Below, piece by piece: positions 7,890 through 14,002 of a stretch of 14,002 nucleotides of DNA (position 1 is its first letter; every line of letters begins with the position of its first letter). The notes below the pieces were generated by a model, which was given only the letters and a program-made list of their open reading frames with translations, did no database searches and had not been told where the DNA came from. This DNA comes from Octopus sinensis (taxonomy: Eukaryota): the NCBI RefSeq assembly GCF_006345805.1, contig NW_021825888.1, forward strand, positions 1 to 14,002, read 5' to 3'. The position numbers and the translations under genes were made by a program.

Positions 7890-8145
7890 AATATCGTAAT
7901 TGTTTACAAATACCGAACATTCAAATAGTGAGTGAGAGACCTCGCCATTTTTACATCAATACCAGAAGTTGACATTGAAAAACCTTTTGAAAGAAGTGAA
8001 TCGTAAATATAAAGCAATATTTTTTTTATTTAAAAAAAAAATCAAATGAAGACCCTAGTATAGGTCAAAGGTCAAATTATTCATGTATGTAAGTATGAAA
8101 GTAATCGGTAAAGCCGTTTTCATGTGAAAAGCAAATACACACATT

Positions 8146-8303
8146 GGCTTCTTTTAGATTCCATCTACCAAATCCATCAGAAGGCTTTGGTCACCCCAAG
8201 GCTATAGTAGAAGACTCTTGCCCATGGTGCCACGCAGTGGGACTGAACCCAGAACCATGTGGTTATGAAACAAGCTTCTTACCACACAGTAACACCCGCA
8301 CCT
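8146..8303 (-). mobile_element. SINE family A, 5' half
   Basis: Reverse complement of the head and core at 8352-8510. Confidence 0.9.
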
Positions 8304-8351
8304 CAAAATTTCATGAAAATTCCTGATTAATTCAAAACTGCAAATAAATAA

Positions 8352-8518
8352 GGCATAATGGCTGTGTGATATGAAGCTTGCTAACCAACCACATGGTTTC
8401 GGGTTCAGTCCCACTGCGTGGCATGTTGGGTAAGTATCTTCTACTATAGCCCCGGGCCAACCAATGCCTTGTGAGTGGATTTGGTAGACGGAAACTGAAA
8501 GAAGCCTGTCGTATATAT

Positions 8519-8556
<38 letters not shown>

Positions 8557-8770
8557 TTGTGTGTCTGTGTTTGTCCCCTTAGCATTGCTTGACAACCGAT
8601 GCTGGTGTGTTTATGTCCCCGTCACTTAGCGGTTCGGCAAAAAGAGACCGATAGAATAAGTACTGGGCTTACAAAGAATAAGTCCCGGGGTCAATTTGCT
8701 CGACTAAAGGCGGTGCTCCAGCATGGCCACAGTCAAATGACTGAAACAAGTAAAAGAGTAAAAGTGAGAG
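8352..8770 (+). mobile_element. SINE family A, full length with internal (TA)n(TG)n
   Basis: Head with GGTTCAGTCCC B-box, core, microsatellite cassette, 3' tail aagtaaaagagtaaaagtgagag. Confidence 0.92.
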
Positions 8771-8830
8771 TATACATTTAACAGAATAATCTGAACAGGA
8801 AAGGGTTGAACACTAACAATACATTCCTGG

Positions 8831-9904
8831 TATCCTCTCTTCCTCTGTGAGGTTCATCAATGTCTAAGGTTTTCTGAAAAGCTTCTCATGAACATTCTGA
8901 ACAGTTCAGTCTGCTTCAAACTCATCCTTTATTCAAGTGATGGTGAGTCATGTAAGTGGAGTGATTTGAAAATCCCTTTCACACTGTCTTTGCCCAGTGT
9001 TTTCAAAACTTTCATTTGTAGTTTATCCTGTTCATTACCAACCTGGTTGAAACCACCTCTGGCTCTGTAGTACAAATGTCTTGTTTTCATAAGTTTTGAA
9101 TTGAAATCTTCCACCAAATCTTAGTCACAATTTACATTCCTAACACTAGATTAATGATAACTAAGTTATTTTACTAAGTTCTTTGTTATATTTAAAATTA
9201 ATTGAAAGAAACACAGAGCATCTCAAACACAGAGCATCTCAACAGAAATATGGTAACGAAAGGGTTAAAATATATGATAGAGAAACAATTCTTAACCCTT
9301 TTGATACCAACCAGGCTGAAACCAACTCTGGATCTGAGTACAAATGTCTTGTTTTCATAAGTTTTGAATGAAAATCTTCCACCAAACCTCAGTCACAATT
9401 TATGTTCCTAAAACTAGCTTAATGATAACTAAGTTATTTTACTAAATTCTTTGTTATATTTAAAATTAATTGAAAGAAACACAGAGCATCTCAACAGAAA
9501 TACGGTAACAAAAGGGTTAAAATATATAATAGAAAAACAATTCTTAACCCTTTTGATACCAACCTGGCTGAAACCAGCTCTGGCTCTGAGTACAAATGTC
9601 TTGTTTTCCTAAGTTTTGAATTAAAATCTTCCACCAAACCTTAGTCACAATTTATGTTCCTAACACTAGCTGAATGATAACTAAGTTATTTTACTAAATT
9701 CTTTGTTATATTTAAAATTAATTGAAAGAAACACAGAGCATCTCAACATAAATATGGTAACGAAAGGGCTAAGAATGAATTTCCTTTGTTCAAAGCTTAG
9801 TCTTGCTCCCTTCCTTATTTCTAAGGGGCCAAATCTAAAAAAGGAAGTAAAATTGAGTTTATCAGCTGTTAAAGTGAGTATAGAGTCTATTGAGACACCC
9901 TGAA
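8831..9904 (-). pseudogene. Second Tc1/mariner-superfamily element: TIR-like end plus N-terminal HTH transposase remnant, interrupted by MITE array
   Basis: Minus strand: CAGGGTGTCTCAA end at ~9902; (K)GARLSFEQRKFIL from 9812 to the MITE; resumes left of 9023 as ...ENTGQRQCERDFQITPLT*LTIT*IKDEFEAD*TVQNVHEK...EEER. This resembles (from recall) DUF4817-type HTH transposase N-termini. Confidence 0.75.
9023..9772. mobile_element. Three tandem ~229-bp piggyBac-like MITEs (9023-9268, 9292-9520, 9544-9772)
   Basis: TTAA-CCCTTTTGATACC...GGTAACRAAAGGG-TTAA ends; period 252 bp between copies 2 and 3; copy 1 has a 16-bp internal duplication (9210-9241); outer TTAAs decayed to TTAT and CTAA. Confidence 0.85.
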
Positions 9905-9949
9905 TAGATGTATATACGTGTTTGTGTATATGTGTGTATGAGCAGTTAG

Positions 9950-9988
9950 ATATATATATATATATATATAATATGTATGTGTGTGTAT

Positions 9989-10027
<39 letters not shown>

Positions 10028-10549
10028 TGTATATATACATATATAGAGATAGATAGATAGGTAGGTAGATAGATAGATAGATAGACAGATATATATATAT
10101 ATATATAAACGTAGAGTAGATGAAACCATGGCGACTGAAGAAGGGGTTTTTTCTTTGTGTTATTTGTCCTGTACTCTATTTTTTTGTTGTTTAAAAAAAA
10201 TGTCCAGTTCCTTGGGTTTGTGTCTATGTTTTCGTTTCTCATTGTGTTCGACGTTTTTTTTGGTGTCCTGTACTCATATATGCGTGTATATATACATGTA
10301 GAGGTAGGTACGTACATATATGTATATATATATGCATATGTTTTATTTATGAATATATATATATACATACATACTTATATAGATAGATAGATCGATAGAT
10401 AAATAGATAGATAGATAGTTAGATAGATAGATTGATAGATAGATGGATAGATAGATAGATTGATAGACAGATGGATAGATAGATAGATAGATATAGATAT
10501 ATATTAATACATATAATCACACACATGTACAAACATACAATACGCATGG

Positions 10550-10585
<36 letters not shown>

Positions 10586-10607
10586 CACACACACACACAC
10601 ACACACA
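9950..10607. repeat. Compound (TA)n/(GATA)n/(CA)n microsatellites flanking a unique island (10108-10275)
   Basis: Direct reading. Confidence 0.9.
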
Positions 10608-10616
10608 GAGGTCATG

Positions 10617-10960
10617 GCCATAACAGAGGAGTTTAAGACTTGCTACCTGTGAGAACTTTTCTACACCACTGACCTGCTTCTCACAAAAGAATCTTATAAA
10701 GAATTACAGAAGAAATTCCAAGCATGAGAAAACAATCTAGAAACTGAGGGCCTGAAAGGGAACAGAGCAAAGACAGGACAGTTATGTCATCTGAGAAATA
10801 CAGGACCAGGCTTGATTGGGGCAGAAATGGGGTCTAAGGAATATAAATGATGTACCGTGTAGCTAATTGAAACTATGGGTGTACAAGAGACACAGTGGGA
10901 GTAGCAGCAGAAATACGAGGAAGAAGGATTTGATGAGTCACAAACATGTGACAGAGTAGT
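10617..10960 (+). pseudogene. RTE-clade LINE reverse transcriptase remnant
   Basis: AITEEFKTCYL*ELFYTTDLLLTKESYKELQKKFQA*ENNLETEGLKGNRAKT matches the RTE pattern ...PWELLYADDLVL...KGLxVNxxKTK (YADD decayed to YTTD at 10662-10673). Downstream CS*LKLWVYKRHS resembles the Cys-rich CxxCxxWxHxRC segment. Confidence 0.8.
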
Positions 10961-11034
10961 TAGTGCTTCTTTTCTTGTTTTGGTCAGACATTCTGGAACA
11001 GCAACTTGAAGAATTTTTAGGCAATCCAATTGAC

Positions 11035-11195
11035 CCCAATACTTATTACCATTTTAAGCACCTGGTGTTTATTCTATGAGTATCTTTTGCTGGACTACTA
11101 GAATGTGGGGATGTAAACAAACCAATAAACCCCGGTTGTCAATTGGTGGGGGACAAATACAAAAGCAAAGACATGCGTACGTACTTCCCATCTTT
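11035..11195 (-). mobile_element. SINE family A, diverged 3' half
   Basis: Reverse-complement similarity to 8570-8690 (ggggatgtaaacaaacca...ggttgtcaa...gggggacaaa). Confidence 0.7.
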
Positions 11196-11310
11196 CCTGA
11201 GCGTCCAATAATACTTTATTTGTTCCACGTCCTCTCGTTGTGTTTTTTTGTTTTCTTGTGTTTTCTTGTTTGGATTAACTATATGTATATATATATATAT
11301 ACATATATAT

Positions 11311-11593
11311 TGTTTGTTCGTTCTCGAACCATGCCTGGCTCATAAGGGCCGGTTTCCCGGTTTCCTTGGCGTATAGGTTCCTCACCTGGACGAGACGCCG
11401 GTCTGTCACAGGTGAGTTGCAAGATGCAGGAGGAAAGAGTGAGAGAAAGTTGTGGTGAAAGAGTCAGCAGAAGTTCGCCATTACCTTCTGCCGGAGCTGC
11501 GTGGAACTTAGGTGTTTTGCTCATAAACACATACATCACCCAGTCTGAGATTCGAAACCGTGATCCCTCGACCACTAGGCCATGTGCCTCCAC
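11311..11593 (-). mobile_element. SINE family C, tRNA-headed, head internally shortened
   Basis: Reverse complement begins GTGGAGGCACATGGCCTAGTGG|TCGAGGGATCACGGTTTCGAATCTC (A and B box-like, unusually close); CpG-rich body; (AACA) tail. Confidence 0.7.
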
Positions 11594-11682
11594 ATACATA
11601 TATATATATACATATATATATACATACGTATACATATATATGTATACATATATATGCATGTATATATATATATTATATATAT

Positions 11683-11747
<65 letters not shown>

Positions 11748-11770
11748 TATATATATATATATATATATTA
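11594..11770. repeat. (TA)n microsatellite
   Basis: Direct reading. Confidence 0.95.
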
Positions 11771-12088
11771 TTCTTTATTCCTTTACTTGTTTCAGTCCTT
11801 TGACTGCAGCCATGCTGGAGCATGGCATTTAGTTAAGCAAATCGACCCCAGGACTTATTCTTTGTAAGCCTAGTACTTATTCTATTGGTTTCTTATTCTA
11901 TCGATCTTTTTATAAATATATATATACAACAGGCTTCTTTCAGTTTCCATCTACCAAATCCACTCACAAGGATTTGGTCAGCTCGAGGCTGTAGTAGGAG
12001 ACACTTACCTACAGTGCCAAGCAGTGGGACTGAACCCAGAACCATTTGGTTGGTAAGAAAGCTACTTACCACACAGCCACCCCTGCGC
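11771..12088 (-). mobile_element. SINE family A with internal deletion
   Basis: 3' part at 11771-11910, short (TA)n, then head and core at 11926-12088, all reverse-complementary to 8352-8770. Confidence 0.88.
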
Positions 12089-12129
12089 TATATATATAAA
12101 GATATATATATATATAGAGAGAGAGAAAG

Positions 12130-12162
<33 letters not shown>

Positions 12163-12185
12163 ATATATAGGTGTGTGTGTGTGTG

Positions 12186-12221
<36 letters not shown>

Positions 12222-12495
12222 GGTATCATGGTATTGACCAGAACTGTCGGATGTTGTTACATCATTGGTCACAATACGCTTGGCTTTGTTTTAGCAAAAT
12301 CAATAAAAAGAGCCAGTGAAGTTGTCAAGGGGAATGGAAAATCCTGTATTTCAGTCAGAATCTTTCATTGAGGGAGAAGTTGACAGGAGCGAAATTAATG
12401 AGAGACGGCAGTGTTCTACACCCTCTGAGTAAGGGTCTTCCACTGGGATCTGCCCTTTTAATCACTCCTTTTTTTTTTCTGTCTATATTTATTAC

Positions 12496-12867
12496 GAACC
12501 TGTTGAGGCAAGTGAAATCAAAATCGAAATCGCTCAAAAATCAATGGAAATTGTTGTTGTGATACCCTGCCGGTGGCATGTAAAAGAACCATTCAAACGT
12601 GACCGTTGCCAGCGCCGCCCTGACTGGCCTCCATGCCGGTGGCACGTAAAAAGCACCAACCGATTGTGGCCGCAGCCAGCCTCGCCTGGCACGTAAAAAG
12701 CACCCACTACACTCACGGAGTGGTTGGCGCTAGGAAGGGCATCCAGCTGTAGAATCACTGCCAGATTAGACTGGGCCTGGTGCAGCCTTCTGGCTTCCCA
12801 GACCCCAGTCAAACCGTCCGACCCATGCTAGCATGGCAAATGGATGTTAAACAATGATGATGATGAT
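12496..12867 (+). mobile_element. Best-preserved (GAT)n-tailed retroposon copy with triplicated internal motif
   Basis: GGCA(C/T)GTAAAA(A)G(C/A)ACC at 12575, 12641 and 12688; then ggagtggttggcgctaggaagggcatccagctgtag; (GAT)n tail; CpGs retained. Confidence 0.88.
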
Positions 12868-12924
12868 ATATTTATTATGAACTTTCTGCACCACTGCAAA
12901 ACATACAGACAATTTCTTACAGAC

Positions 12925-13030
12925 ATAACACCACACACACATGCATGCACACACACATTCACATAGCTACACACACATTCACATAGCTACACACACATGC
13001 ATGCACACACACATTCACATAGCTACACAA
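12925..13030. repeat. (CA)-rich minisatellite-like duplications
   Basis: cacacacattcacatagcta occurs three times; cacatgcatgcacac twice. Confidence 0.8.
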
Positions 13031-13615
13031 CTACTCTAAGACTATTCAAATAATCTGGGAATCTGACTGCACAACAACAGACTTAATCTAACACCTACCA
13101 AATCCACTGCCTTCCCTCCCACCCAGCAACACCACACAGCACCACATACATCTCAGCCTCCCACTCAACAATACACACATACTCCATACAAGCCACACCC
13201 ATGAACCACACCACCAACAGACAACAGCCATAGGCCACACCCACATCTACAGACCACACCCAAAGATCATATCCACATGGACCACACCCAAAGACCATCC
13301 ACACAACAAAACAATGTCTGACCTCCTGGCCATGGAACAAGCTCAGTTCTGTTGCCACAGCCTGCACCGTCCATGTCTCACTCCACGCAAAACCATCTCC
13401 AAATACTGAAACGCATTTACAACACCCCCAGGGCATTGCAACAAAGTCCTTAGAACACTATCTCTCCTGCTCAACCTCGGATAAACATAATCAATAAATA
13501 TACTTTTCTGGTGTGGCCAGCAGCAGAATCCGTGGCCATACAGGAATGGAGTGGACAATGGAGAGAGTGTGATATCTCCAGACCATCACTTTATTGTAAT
13601 ATAGGTTCTCACCAA

Positions 13616-13990
13616 GGTGGCGAGCCAGCAGAAACATTAGTATGCTGGACAAAGCGCTTAGCGGTATTTCGCCTGTTGTTACATTCTGAGTTCAAATTCC
13701 ACAGAGGTCAACTTTTCCTTTCATCCTTTCATGGTCGATAAATTAAGTACCAGTTTTGCACTGGGATCTATATAATCGACTTAATCCCTTTGTTTGTCTT
13801 TGTTTGTCCCCTCTATATTTAGCGCCCTGTGGGCAATAAAGAAATAAGAAATGTTAGCACACTGGACAAAGCACTTAGTGGTATTTCGCCTGTTGTTACA
13901 TTCTGAGTTCAAATTCCGCTGAGGTCAACTTTTCTTTTCATCCTTTCAGGGTCAATAAATTAAGTACCAGTTGCATACTAGGGTCAATCA
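13616..13990 (+). mobile_element. SINE family B head-to-tail dimer (13616-13850; 13851-~13990)
   Basis: Both units share ggtatttcgcctgttgttacattctgagttcaaattcc...gaggtcaactttt...ttcatcctttc...aaattaagtaccag; B-box-like GAGTTCAAATTCC; first unit ends aataaagaaataagaa. Confidence 0.88.
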
Positions 13991-14002
13991 AATCTCACCA
14001 AA

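Noticed and set aside
9023-9772. Regular repeat-spacer pattern suggestive of CRISPR
   Set aside because: Repeats are ~229 bp with TIRs and the spacers are homologous to each other; eukaryotic context.
10105-10146. AAACGT...CTGAAGAAGGGG resembling hammerhead halves
   Set aside because: No complete helix II/GAAA arrangement can be built from the sequence present.

Overview
This is AT-rich, repeat-saturated eukaryotic DNA with no recognisable host gene, most likely an intron or intergenic region. From recall rather than a search, the repeat families resemble those of Octopus/coleoid cephalopods. Most ORFs in the track are microsatellite read-through. The window holds: two decayed Tc1/mariner transposase genes (759-1550 +, 8831-9904 -) and a short mariner fragment; an RTE-type reverse transcriptase remnant; a triplet of TTAA-flanked piggyBac-like MITEs nested in the second transposase; a 310-bp GC-rich fold-back element; at least three tRNA-headed SINE families; and a (GAT)n-tailed retroposon family. 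The most notable signal is non-coding: four minimal type I hammerhead-ribozyme motifs from three unrelated sequence families. They lie at 4101-4205 (+, intact core), 7186-7232 (+), and 7410-7452 (-) / 7710-7755 (+). The last two sit on the mirror arms of a palindromic element centred on a tRNA-like Pol III promoter. The pattern suggests Penelope-like/retrozyme-type retroelements. All structures were folded and aligned by eye.
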